In this document: one piece after another, positions 10,943 to 21,596 of the stretch | Layout: each line of letters starts with the position of its first letter | How positions within the stretch are numbered: the first letter of the stretch is position 1 | NCBI GenBank assembly: GCA_010093995.1 | Contig: ML992546.1 | Coordinates: forward strand, 1 to 36,985 | DNA: 36,985 nt | Source of the DNA: Elsinoe ampelina | Taxonomy: Eukaryota | Direction of reading: 5' to 3' | The notes under the pieces: model-generated | Database searches by the model: none | What the model saw: the letters and a program-made list of their open reading frames with translations, nothing else | Told to the model about the DNA's origin: nothing | Program-made: the position numbers and the translations under genes

Positions 10943-13502
10943 CTAATTTCCCGAATCGGGAACATCCTCGACCTGTGCAGCTTTCCCCCTGCCTGAACCC
11001 TCGCCATGCTCGTCCGGACTCGTCCTGCTCCGTGTGGCGCTACCATTCGCAGATCCATTAGGTCTGTCCTGGACCTGATCACCAGACGAAAAGGTGGAGG
11101 GTGCAGCGTCACCAAAGCTCCAGGAAGGTGTGCTTGAGGACCATGCTGGCGCCCCTGGAGGCGGAGCTGAAGCCGGCCCAGTCGATGATGCCTGCTGGGC
11201 GGTCGCTGCAGGAGCACTTGGTCGAGGAGGTCCCTGAGTCGGCGAAGATGAGGCACCATTTGGCTGCGCAGTGGGTAGGTAATCTCCAACATCAGATGCA
11301 TTAGCTGTTTGCGGAGCGCTGGCGTTGGGATTCCGTGCTGTAACTTCATGGTCACGCTGAACTTGAGTGTCTGTACTCGGTAACGTCTCAGCCGGTGCAC
11401 TCGTTCCAGGACTTACTCCCGCTGTAGCTGCAGGGTTCACGTTCGCCTGAGCCACCGGGTGACCATGAATGACAGGTTGTTGAGCAGGAACCGCTTGATA
11501 GTTCGCCGAAAAGGGTATGAGGGGATTCGTCGGCTGCGACACGACTTGTGGTCCACCTGTCGCAGCCTGCAAGGGCACCATGGTCCATCCCTCGGGCAAG
11601 ACCAATCCTTCAGGGTAGCCTTGGCTGCCATGACCAAATGTTGAACCTCCAGGCACGGGCTGGTATGCTTGCAAAGCCTGGACCTGTGGGATTTGCGGTA
11701 CAGGAACGGCGCCATTTCGGGCGGGCTCAAGAGTTGCCGCAGCGGACGCGGCTTGTGCTGACGATCCAGGCTCAATGTAAAGACTTCTAAGTCGGCCAAG
11801 TTCTGATTCGAGAGCTCGGAGATGTGCCAATTGTGCCGTCTCGAGTTGCATATTGTGCGCCTGTTCCAACAACCGCAGCTCCACAGAGCGGATGTGGTCC
11901 TGGTTGGAAAGATGCGCTGTCCTACGTGCGAGTCTCGCTTGGGTGATTGGCCGCGTGGCTGAAGGGACGCCTTGGTCTTGACGGCGAAGTGCTTCCTGAA
12001 CATGATCCGCAGGTCCATTGTAGAATCCGATTCGGACAGGACCCATGTTGAGCCAGCGCATCCTATTCCTCCGGGCTTGAGCCTGTACTTGCTGCTGAGC
12101 ATCACCGTTTGGCTGGGCAGGTTGACCTACTTGGCCTGCCTGCCCCGGCTGTCCTTGAAGCCGCTGAGCCTCGGCGAGTATGTCCGCGACCGGACGAAGA
12201 TTGCCCCTGGCGTCCCGAACCTGCGGACCTGGGCGGGTTATGACGGGTCTTCGGCAAGTTGGACATGCCTGTTGTCTCTCCAGCCATGCTTTGAGACATC
12301 TGAGGTGAAGAATGTGGTTGCACGGTAACTTTTTTGCTCTCAACCCTTCATTGATCGTACGTCTTCGAGGCTGTCCTTCCGGCTGTGGCTCCTGAGTAGT
12401 GTCCCATGGTATCATCACCTCACGGCAGACGATGCAAGTATTATCTTGAGCAAGCTCCTCTGCTGTCGCGTCCGGATACCTGGTATTCATGTCTTGTGTG
12501 GCTCGTCTGTAATTCCTGTAGTCCTGTAAGCGCTTGGAGAAGCTAGCGATCGTCATATAAACGTCGCGCATGATGTGCATGGGCAGGCCGATGAACGTCA
12601 AGGATATTGTAAAGAAGATAGTGTAGACCAGAATCTTGACAAAGTCGGTAGCCAGCTCCAAGCCGAACATCCAGCGGCGCTTCTCTTCCCATCCCGGTAC
12701 ATCCACCTCATTTTCGTCAACGTCGTCGTCCGTAGGCTCGATGATGCTGCCGCCTTCATTGCCAGATTCTCGTAATGCTTGTTGTCGCTCTTCACGGATC
12801 TCGGCCTTGCGCTCGATAATCTTCTGGCGCGTCTGCTGCTGTGTGATGTATATCTCGTAGACGACCAAGATGTAGCGAGCCAGGGTAAAGAGCGAAAAGA
12901 TGCACAGAATGGCAAACTCAAAAGTGAAGATGACCATCATGCCGGGGCGAGGGTTGTCTAGTACGCTCTGTGTGCAGTGCTTTGTCATGAAGAAGGAAAA
13001 GGCGACCGAGACCATGAGTGAGGACACCAATCGAGCGTGGAAGAGTCTCGGGTTTTGTGGAGGCTGTTGTTCGAGAAGATCCACTCTCCCTTCTGCGATC
13101 CATCCCCAGACCTTGCCAGCCAGCAGTAGCACAAAGATGACGAGGAGCCAACCGCCAACATCGTCCCGCAGCGATGGCATGGCCAGAAGAGTATCAAGGA
13201 CCGCATACCAAGCTTTTTCCGACAGCTGCTCAATTTCGATGGGGCGAAGTCTGCCATAGAGGAGTCTTTGTAGTCCGTAGATGGAGGAAATGGTGCAGAC
13301 CAGGGCCAGGTTGGTGAGAATGAGGACGCAAGCATTGCTCTGGGCCAGGTAGACGGTCGCAGAGTAATAGTTTGGTCGCTGGCTGAATGCTTTGATCAAG
13401 GCGCCGGCTGCCAGGGCAGCAGATGTCTATACAATTGTTAGCATTTGAGAGCGGCATAGCTCGGAGGTAGTGACTGACGCCGGCATAAGCTGCCAACCTC
13501 AT
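10943..13502 (-). CDS. HRD1: ERAD E3 ubiquitin ligase Hrd1/synoviolin; exons 13502-13479, 13426-10943
   Basis: Starts MRLAAYAG, then intron 13478-13427 (GTCAGT..GCTAAC..TAG). Multi-TM N-terminus with RPNYYSATVYLAQS, LRPIEIEQLSEKAWY and LPMHIMRD; RING-H2 CIVCRE..KLPCNHILHLRCLKAWLERQQACPTCR; low-complexity tail. Confidence 0.96.
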
Positions 13503-14001
13503 CTTGAACGAGACCAGTCGGTCTAAAGATACCGTACGAATAGCGACAAGAGCGACAACCGAAACAAGAACTCCATCAGATCTGAAATTGTGGGTGGGTT
13601 GGTGAACTGTAAGTTGAAGAGATGAGTACAAGCCAGTTGTTCAAGCCACGCGAAGCTCCGCGCTTGCATGATGTCGTTTCTTGCCTGGTCTGGGGAATGG
13701 AGGGAAGGTCAAATGCGGCTCTGGTGCCACACCCGCGAAAACCCACGACCACCATTCTCCGAGTCTTTGTCACGCTGAACTCCTTCATCTGACATGCAGC
13801 TGACGGTCTTACCAAATTTTACAGACTCCCCGCCCTCCAAATCCTTGCTATTGTGGTAGGTCATGCATGGTAGACGTCAGGTGCGTCATCCATGCTACTG
13901 CCGAAGTGGCAATTTCTTTGACCTTTTTATTGTTCATGTGGCTATCCGTCAATACATCATCCTTGAGTATAGAATAAATAGCTCCTGCTCCGAAACACCG
14001 A

Positions 14002-15341
14002 ATGCCGCGACCATTCTCCAAGATCATCATCGTCGGGGCCGGACCCTCTGGACTCTTGCTCTCACTCTTGTTGGCGCAGCAAGGCATTAAAAGCTTGGTT
14101 CTCGAATCATGGCCACACCTCGACTCACGACTGCGAGCGACACAATATGGAGTTCCGGCGGCTCGAGCATTTGCTCGAGCAGGAGTACTAGCAGAACTCC
14201 GCGAGAAAGGCTTGGATAGCTTCCCTTCGATATGCTGGAGACGTGCCTCAGATGGAGAGAAGCTCATAAGCATTGATTTGGGCTTGGTCAAGGACTCTGA
14301 AGACAGGATGGTAATCATGCCACTCGGGGAAATGGTACAGATTCTGTACAATAACGCTGTGGCAAAAGGAGTTGAGGTCAAATTCGGATACAATGTTAAA
14401 GGTATAGAACAGGACGATCGAGAGGCGTGGGTAGATGTGGACGTGGTAGAAAGCGGTAAAGTGCGAGGACAGGAACGACTAAAGGCGGATTACATTGTCG
14501 GCTGCGATGGTGCCAGCAGCGTCGTTCGAAAAGCACTGTTTGGGAGAGACTGGCCCGGCTTGACTCTACCGTATCGGTCCGTAGTCCAAAATGTGAGAAT
14601 ATCCCGTTGGCATTCTATCTGAGAGATGAAAGGACTGACAGAGGACCAGGTCTTCTACGATGGTTTCGAAGAGCACGGCTGGAGCGGAGGAAACTACATT
14701 ATCGACAACAATCACTGGGGCTTGATAGCGAAACGTGGGAAAGCTGGACTCTGGCGGGTAACTTACGGGGACAACAAAGCCGGTTTGTCTGACGAGGATA
14801 TCTTGAAAAGACGACCGTGGCACTTTGAGCATTTGCTGCCTGGCAAGCCTACCCCTGAGCAATACCGGATCGAACAGACGAACATCTACAGCGTACACAA
14901 TCGGTGTGCACAAGGCTTTCGGGTGAAGCGCATCTTTTTAGCGGGAGATGCTGCTCATGTCTGCAATCCGATGGGCGGCTACGGCTGCATGTCTGCCATA
15001 CTGGATGTCGATGGTCTAGCCACATGCTTGTCAGGCTACTATCACAACAAAGCAGATGAGAGCATCTTGGACAAGTATGCTGAGGTACGAAGAGACATCT
15101 TCCTTCGGTTCGTGGACGATCGATCTATGAGGAACCTGGCTCGATGTGCTACATCTGACCCAAAGACGGTCAAGGAGACTGATCCTTTCTTTCGATTGAT
15201 CGAGAGTTTGAATGAGGACCAGGAAGACATGAAGGCTTTCTTGCTAGTATGTGACAAAGAGGAGTTTACGTAAAACGACGTTACTGACTTTTTTGATAGA
15301 AAACTATGATTTTGCCCAATATTATCATGCTTAGCGCCTAG
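14002..15341 (+). CDS. FAD-dependent aromatic monooxygenase (PheA/TfdB, FAD_binding_3 type); exons 14002-14592, 14650-15246, 15300-15341 (last exon uncertain)
   Basis: Rossmann motif IIIVGAGPSG, DG motif YIVGCDGASSVVRK and GD motif LAGDAAHVCNPMGGYG. Introns 14593-14649 (GTGAGA..ACTGAC..CAG) and 15247-15299 (GTATGT..ACTGAC..TAG). Confidence 0.9.
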
Positions 15342-15978
15342 TGAATAGGGCAGCATTGACGTCTGTCTGAATTGACAAGGCCGAAGACGGACCGACATGG
15401 TATGGAGACAGCCGCAGTCACTGTGGGGCAACCAGATCTTCGCCCCCAATATGGATGCAGGGCAATGACACTCGGTATTTGCTTCTCTCTGTCCAGTTCT
15501 ATGCATTATGACCGCGCGAATACACCGGAAGTCATCCGCATCGCAGATCAATCACAGCAGGCTCTTTCCTCGTGTCAGTGGCTTGACCACGATGGCACCC
15601 TTGAGCATCTCGCAGCGAACACGGCAAAGATGTTATTCACCCAAGGTTGGAAGGCTTTGTGGAGCAATCAACCCCGCCATTTCTCGCGTGCACAACAACA
15701 ACGTCATCTCCAAACTTTGCCGACACCTGGAACCTTCACAAATGATCGATCTGCTTTCCTTTCATGCTGCCATGCGGACCTGTGCCCTGTCATTTGACCG
15801 ACCAGAGTTTTAGCCGTCGATCTCATTGACGCTGTGGATCTCGACCCATGCATGCCACGCTTCTGCACGATCCAGGTCAAAGCCCGGAAGATGGACCATA
15901 CGCAGGAATTATTGGTAGCTATAATAAGGTGATTCTGCACAGCGTCGTTCATGTTCGTCTTTCCCATCACAAAGCACA

Positions 15979-18089
15979 ATGAAGGTAACCATGATGTTTG
16001 CGGGCCTGGTACTCTTTGTGGCCTCGGCTGCCGCCCAAGATCTGACAACAGACATGATTGAGAACATGGGCAACAACAGTCTCTTTACTAGATGGAGACC
16101 GACTTCTCATTTCATCGCCCCTGCAGGTTGGATGAATGTAAGTCATGTCAGCAAATGCTACCGAACACATCGCTAACAACGCCAAGGACCCATGCGGAGC
16201 CATGTACGATCCGACTCGTGATACCTACCATCTCTTCTACCAATGGCACCCGAATCACATCAATTGGGGTAACATTAGCTGGGGACATGCTACCAGCAAA
16301 GATTTGGTCTCATGGACAGATGTTGGTGGCTGGGAGGGCAAGAATGCAGAGGCTCTTGTGACCAATGGAGGTAATAACAGCACTTACAATGGACTTGGTA
16401 TCTTTAGTGGCACTGCGGTGAGTCCTAATCGATACCTTCCATACAGGATGACCTAACAGGAGACTAGCAACCAGTCAATCTGCAAGGCGAGCAAGACGGA
16501 ACACTGGCGGTATTCTACACATCTGTCCAGTACCTGCCGACGAACTGGCGCATTCCCTACACCCCAGGCACGGAAAGCCAAAGCATCGCTATTTCTACAG
16601 ACGGCGGCGAGACGTGGCAAGACTATGAGAATAACCCTGTCATTGAGGGACCTCCCGGCGATTGGAACATCACAGGCTTCCGTGACCCCTTTGTCGAGCC
16701 TGTATGTCTTATTGACCCGTGAGTTGACTTAGTAGGCTGACATTTGGCAGTGGCCTGAAATGGACGCTCTCCTTGGTGTAGAAGAACCGCACTATTACTC
16801 GGTCTTTGGTTCTGGCATCAAGGGAGTCGGTCCGCGCATACCCTTTTGGACTGCTCCGGCCAACGACTTGACGAACTGGACTTTCTTGGGTGCGTTGTGG
16901 GAGCCTGAGGCCAACAGCAGTCTCGGCAATGTTCTTGCTACTGGTACAAATGCCTTTAACTTTGAAGTCTCTGGCTTCTTCAGCTTAGCAGACGATAAAG
17001 GTCATCTCCACTACTATGTCAATACTGGGTTCGTTACCGTAGCATGGTATCAGAATTATTTAATGACTGACACAACACAGCTCCGAAGGCGGCAATGTCT
17101 CCTTCCATCAGTCTCAGCAGTGGTCTCTGTTCTACGAGGGGACACTATCTCGCCGCGCTAATGGATCCGCCGCCTTCAATCCCATCTCTGGCGGTGCGGC
17201 CGATTATGGCATTCTGTACGCCATGACCTCCTTCAACGATACCAAGCGCAACAGACGTGTCCAATATGGCTGGGCGCGCGAAGAGCTGGTAGGCAATGGT
17301 GGTCTCTTCTCTGCCTCCCAACAAGGCTTCCAAGGGGCACTCTCGTTCCCGCGAGAGCTCTTTGTACATACCACTCGCGATGTGGTCAACAATGACGGAT
17401 TACTAGGGGAGCTAGGTCCTGCAGCCATCAGTCAGGAACTTGATGGCTCGTTCACCGCTCGTACTCTCGGTGTTAGGCCGCTGCCTGAAGTGGTCACTGG
17501 ACTCCGCAACGGCACGAGACAGACGTCGTTCCCCAGCACCACCTTCAGCGAAAGTACGATCCTCGCGGCAAATACATCCAACCATTACGAGCTCACCGCG
17601 ACCGTCAGCAACGCCACAGGTCGAGTCGGTGTCCGCATCGGTGTGTCCCCAGATGAGCAAGAGTACACATTGATCTACTACGAGCCGTCCAACTACACCA
17701 TCGTCATCGATCGCACCAGGTCGTCCCTCATCCAGGAGTTCAATAATGCATCTCTCACAGGATACTTCCGCCCTTACCACGTCTTGCCCGGAGTAGGGGG
17801 TAACGCCACTGCCGAAGCACTGCGCTGGGACGTCTTCGTGGACGGCTCGCTTGTAGAGATCTACATCAATGACCGATTCGCCATGACTGCAAGGATCTAT
17901 CCTTCGCTAGAAGGCAGTACTGGCGTTGGGGTGTATCTTGGTGAAGGAGCTTCTGCAACTTATGAGAACGTCAACTTTTGGGATGGCTTGTACAATGTCT
18001 GGCCAGGAAGGCCGCTCAACAGTAGCTCTGAGCTGGTCTTTGATACCGCCGAGCAGACTAACAACTATACTTGGTGGGCGGGCAACTAG
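15979..18089 (+). CDS. Secreted glycoside hydrolase family 32 (beta-fructofuranosidase/invertase-like); exons 15979-16137, 16187-16417, 16468-16701, 16751-17028, 17081-18089
   Basis: Signal peptide [19 protein letters not shown]. Motifs WMN|DPCG (nucleophile), [17 protein letters not shown] and NFEV (acid/base position); C-terminal beta-sandwich with [11 protein letters not shown]. Four 49-52 nt introns keep frame. Many NxS/T sequons. Confidence 0.93.
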
Positions 18090-18335
18090 AGCTGTTTACA
18101 GTCTACCATGTAACGATACGATGAAATCATACAGACAATATATTCATAATCTCTATATATCCCGTGTAATAAGTATGATCAATCCTCAAAGGCTTGACAT
18201 TCGTGGTCGCTGGTCCAGGCATGATATTTCTCTCGGCTAGCCTCGGCTTTGTGCCATTCCTCCCCCTTGCCTCAATATCAACTTCAACATCCACGAGTTT
18301 TACCTCGCACTCTTTCCACGTCCAGAACCATCACA

Positions 18336-19259
18336 ATGACCACCCTCCACCTCACCCGCACCACCCTCCGCCCCCTCCTCTCCCCCCGCACCCCCCCTCT
18401 CACCCGCACCTACAGCACCCCCACCCCTCCCTCCACCATCAAACTCCACTCCCTCCCCGCCCCCCACAGCGGCACCATCAAAATCCTCTCCCTCAACCGG
18501 CCCACCGCCCGCAACGCCATCTCCCGCCAACTCCTCTCCGACCTCTCCACAACCATCGAAGCCATCCACGCCGAACACGCCGACAACACGTCCGGGTCGA
18601 CGCGCGCGCTGATCCTCGCCTCCGAATCCGACGCTTGCTTCTGCGCCGGCGCCGACCTGAAAGAACGCCTGACCTTCACCCCGGAAGAAACGGGCCGGTT
18701 CCTGGGCGAGTTGCGCTCCACGTTCGCGCGGCTGGCGGCGTTGCCCGTCCCGACGATCGCCGCGGTGGCTTCGACGGCTTTTGGCGGCGGGTTGGAATTG
18801 GCCCTGTGTGCGCACCTCAGGGTGTTTGCTAGTACCGCCGTCGTGGGCCTGCCCGAGACGAGGTTGGCGATTATTCCTGGCGCGGGCGGCACGTATCGTC
18901 TGCCGAGATTGGTGGGGGAGGGGAGGGCGAGGGATATGATTGTCACGGGGAGGAGGGTGGGTGGGGCCGAGGCGTATTTTATGGGGTTGTGTGATCGGTT
19001 GGTGGAGGTCGGTGGGGAGCAGGTCAAGGAGGAAGGGGTCGCGAGGGGAAAGGTGTTGGATGTGGCGGTGCAGTTGGCGAAGGATATTTGTGAGGGAGGG
19101 CCGGTGGCGATCAAGGCTGCTTTAGAGGCGGTGGAGGGGTGGGAGGCGGGGGAGAAGAGTGAGAACGCGGCGTATGAGAAGGTTTTGGTCACGAGGGATC
19201 GGACGGAGGCGTTGAAGGCTTTTGGTGAGAAAAGAAAGCCTGTCTTTTTGGGTCGGTAA
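18336..19259 (+). CDS. Mitochondrial enoyl-CoA hydratase family protein, probably methylglutaconyl-CoA hydratase (AUH-like); intronless
   Basis: Arg/Thr/Leu-rich presequence; motifs LNRPTARNAIS, FCAGADLKER, GGGLELAL, GLPETRLAIIPGAGGTYRLPRLVG and DRTEALKAFGEKRKPVF. Confidence 0.92.
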   Translation: MTTLHLTRTTLRPLLSPRTPPLTRTYSTPTPPSTIKLHSLPAPHSGTIKILSLNRPTARNAISRQLLSDLSTTIEAIHAEHADNTSGSTRALILASESDACFCAGADLKERLTFTPEETGRFLGELRSTFARLAALPVPTIAAVASTAFGGGLELALCAHLRVFASTAVVGLPETRLAIIPGAGGTYRLPRLVGEGRARDMIVTGRRVGGAEAYFMGLCDRLVEVGGEQVKEEGVARGKVLDVAVQLAKDICEGGPVAIKAALEAVEGWEAGEKSENAAYEKVLVTRDRTEALKAFGEKRKPVFLGR

Positions 19260-19419
19260 AGCGAGGCAAAAGCAAATATATTGTACATAAGAAAAGACAT
19301 GGATGTAGAATTCTCTTCATTGCTCGCTCTTCTGCATCTGTCTCTGGCCTAGATCCGTTCTTCTTGCGGTACAACACACTACAGAGGCCCAGATCAGAGA
19401 CGCCAGCGAGGACCTCAAA

Positions 19420-19812
19420 ATGCTCCTCAACCACGTCTACACCACTGGCTTATTGGCCACGCTGGTCTCGCTGATCGCAGCTGGTCCCTCGTACCCCTAC
19501 ACAACCGTCACAGCCACGACAACGCACCCAACAGCACTCGCACCTTTCCCCTTCTCCACAGGCAAGCCAACTACCAGTAGCACTACCTTTCGGCCATATG
19601 AGGGAATCACTTCCGATTGCCTGATCATGCCGACTTTCAGCCCGGCAGATTCTTCCAATCTACTCTTCGGAGACGAGGAGACCAAGCAGATGGAGAGGAT
19701 GCGTGTTGCTCAGTCGCAGGCGCTCAGTCGACTGAGCGAGTTTCAGAAGGGTGGGAGGTGCAGCTTTGTCACCGTGACGAGGACGGCGACTATCGAGATG
19801 AAGGGGTTGTAG
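19420..19812 (+). CDS. Small putative secreted Ser/Thr-rich protein (130 aa)
   Basis: ATG in an AAAATG context, hydrophobic signal-like segment GLLATLVSLIAA, T/S/P-rich stretch and two Cys. No family recognised. Confidence 0.55.
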   Translation: MLLNHVYTTGLLATLVSLIAAGPSYPYTTVTATTTHPTALAPFPFSTGKPTTSSTTFRPYEGITSDCLIMPTFSPADSSNLLFGDEETKQMERMRVAQSQALSRLSEFQKGGRCSFVTVTRTATIEMKGL

Positions 19813-19984
19813 GCGCTATCAAGTGACGAAAGCGGATAGGATACCTAAGAACCATGCGAGGTCAAGGTTGTTCGTTCGTCAAAGCCCATGAGACTCTGAG
19901 GGAGGGGAAAGACACTGATTGTCAATGATTTTAGCGATGGCAAATAAGACCAGTATTGTATTGATCGCAGCGACATCTTCGAGA

Positions 19985-21112
19985 TCATCCCCTGCTCCGA
20001 GTCCAGAGATCGTTCTCCTTGACGTCTTCGTGGTTGTGATTCCATGGTAGTGCGCCACAACGTTGAGCCATCAGCTTCGTATCCTTCTCAGACAGATCCG
20101 GCAGCCGTCCACCATCAACCAGCAGCAGCGCAGGTGGTGCGACGGCTCGAGAGAGGCCTTCGAGAAAGGATTTAGCTTTCTGTTCGAATTGATCCGCAGG
20201 ATACCGTTTCTTTAGTTTCCGCTCCCTTGTGCGTGCTTGCCGAGAGGCATCCTTCATGCAATTCATAGCAAGAAGCTGATCCGGATGGTTAGTATCAAGC
20301 AGCCTGCGAGAGTGGATCTTATACCTCTTGGATTCGATGTTTACGAAGCTTTGGCCAGGTTTCTCCTTCAGTCTCGTCAACATTACCGCCCACCCACAGC
20401 ATTTCATACAACGCTTGTTCTTCAGCGTCACCATCAACGCCAGCGGGCGAGCCCCATAGAAAAGCTTCCCGCAACACAGCGGACCTGTCAAAAGCGTGTG
20501 GAACAGCTTGCAGCACTGCTTGTGTCATAAAGTCTCTGGCAAGGTCCATCCAAGGAGGGAGTGGGTCAGTATCAGTGATGAGCACCGAGAGAGACATGAA
20601 CATAGGCAGGATATCAAGCAGCAAGACCCGGGGTTGGCGAAGGATATTGGTGGTCGCTGTAGCAGGGTCGAATTGATTCAGGCCTTGACGTCCTTTGAGT
20701 CGCTCCAGTATCTCCCAAGGACGGACACGCGAAGCATTCTGTGATCTCAGTGCATAAAGTTCGTCGGTAGGCGGTGTCCTCACAGCAGGAGAGTGTCCAG
20801 CGTAAAACAAGGTGATGAGCTGGAGTACCCTGAGACGGAATTCGAGGTCTGGTAGATCGTCTGTAGTAGTATGCGTCTGATTGAAGATCTTTAAAAAGTC
20901 TCAAGAAAGTAAGAACCCGGTCGAGTACGATAGGAAGCTGCCTCACCGTTGACTTGGTGCAATGCCTTGTCTGCTTTCTGAATACTGCTCGGACGATCCG
21001 CAGACTCGTCTAGGATAGCACGAGTAGCATTGTAGACGAGATAGTCAATAATCATGGCATCCACCTCCAACTGCAGAGTCGGCTCTGCTCTTTTGAGATC
21101 AATGCCAGGCAT
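19985..21112 (-). CDS. Fungal hypothetical protein; exons 21112-20947, 20899-20325, 20275-19985
   Basis: Three ORF pieces are joined in frame by introns 20946-20900 (GTGAGG..CTTAC..GAG) and 20324-20276 (GTATAA..ACTAAC..CAG). Helical segments EVDAMIIDYL, LEFRLRVLQLITLF, LLDILPMFMSLS and WMDLARDFMTQAVL. Confidence 0.8.
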
Positions 21113-21596
21113 GTCGTAATCAACGACCTCTGTAGCGAGGTTTCCCTGGTCACGGAGGGAGGACGAATATTCGGTGCCGGTGCAGGATTGCTCTCGAGTA
21201 AGGGTACATGACAGCTCAAGCCGGAATAGTTCCTGACTGCTCTCTTGACTTGTCACTGAAAGAAAGATCACGCGTGGAAGGCTGCGGAGACGCGACAGTC
21301 AATTAAGGTTCCATGATGCGCGAAAACTGCCTATTTTGGACCACCCGAACCGACATCTGTGGCGGTGCAAGAAGGCAGCCACATTTTGAAGTGTGCAATC
21401 TTGCACATCACCTCCTCGAACACCTTCAATATATTTTACAGGTAGGCCCTGATCACTTCGTTCAAGGTCAGCGTCACTATTTGGGGAAGCTAGATAGTGC
21501 GCCACCATCACGTGCTCAAAGCAGATCTCGTTATTCATTTTCATTGCGACACTGTTCTTGATTCCAACTTTTCTTACAGCATCCATATTTCCGAGT

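Noticed and set aside
13503..14001. Unfolded-protein-response element upstream of HRD1
   Set aside because: Only partial ACGT/CACG-type matches; nothing distinguishable from chance.
15372..15813. ORFs of 141 and 101 aa between the monooxygenase and GH32
   Set aside because: No motifs or clear coding signal; probably the GH32 promoter region.
18410..19300. 296-aa antisense ORF over the hydratase, plus the 212-aa alternative-frame ORF at 18194-18832
   Set aside because: Shadow ORFs produced by the extreme codon skew; no recognisable motifs.
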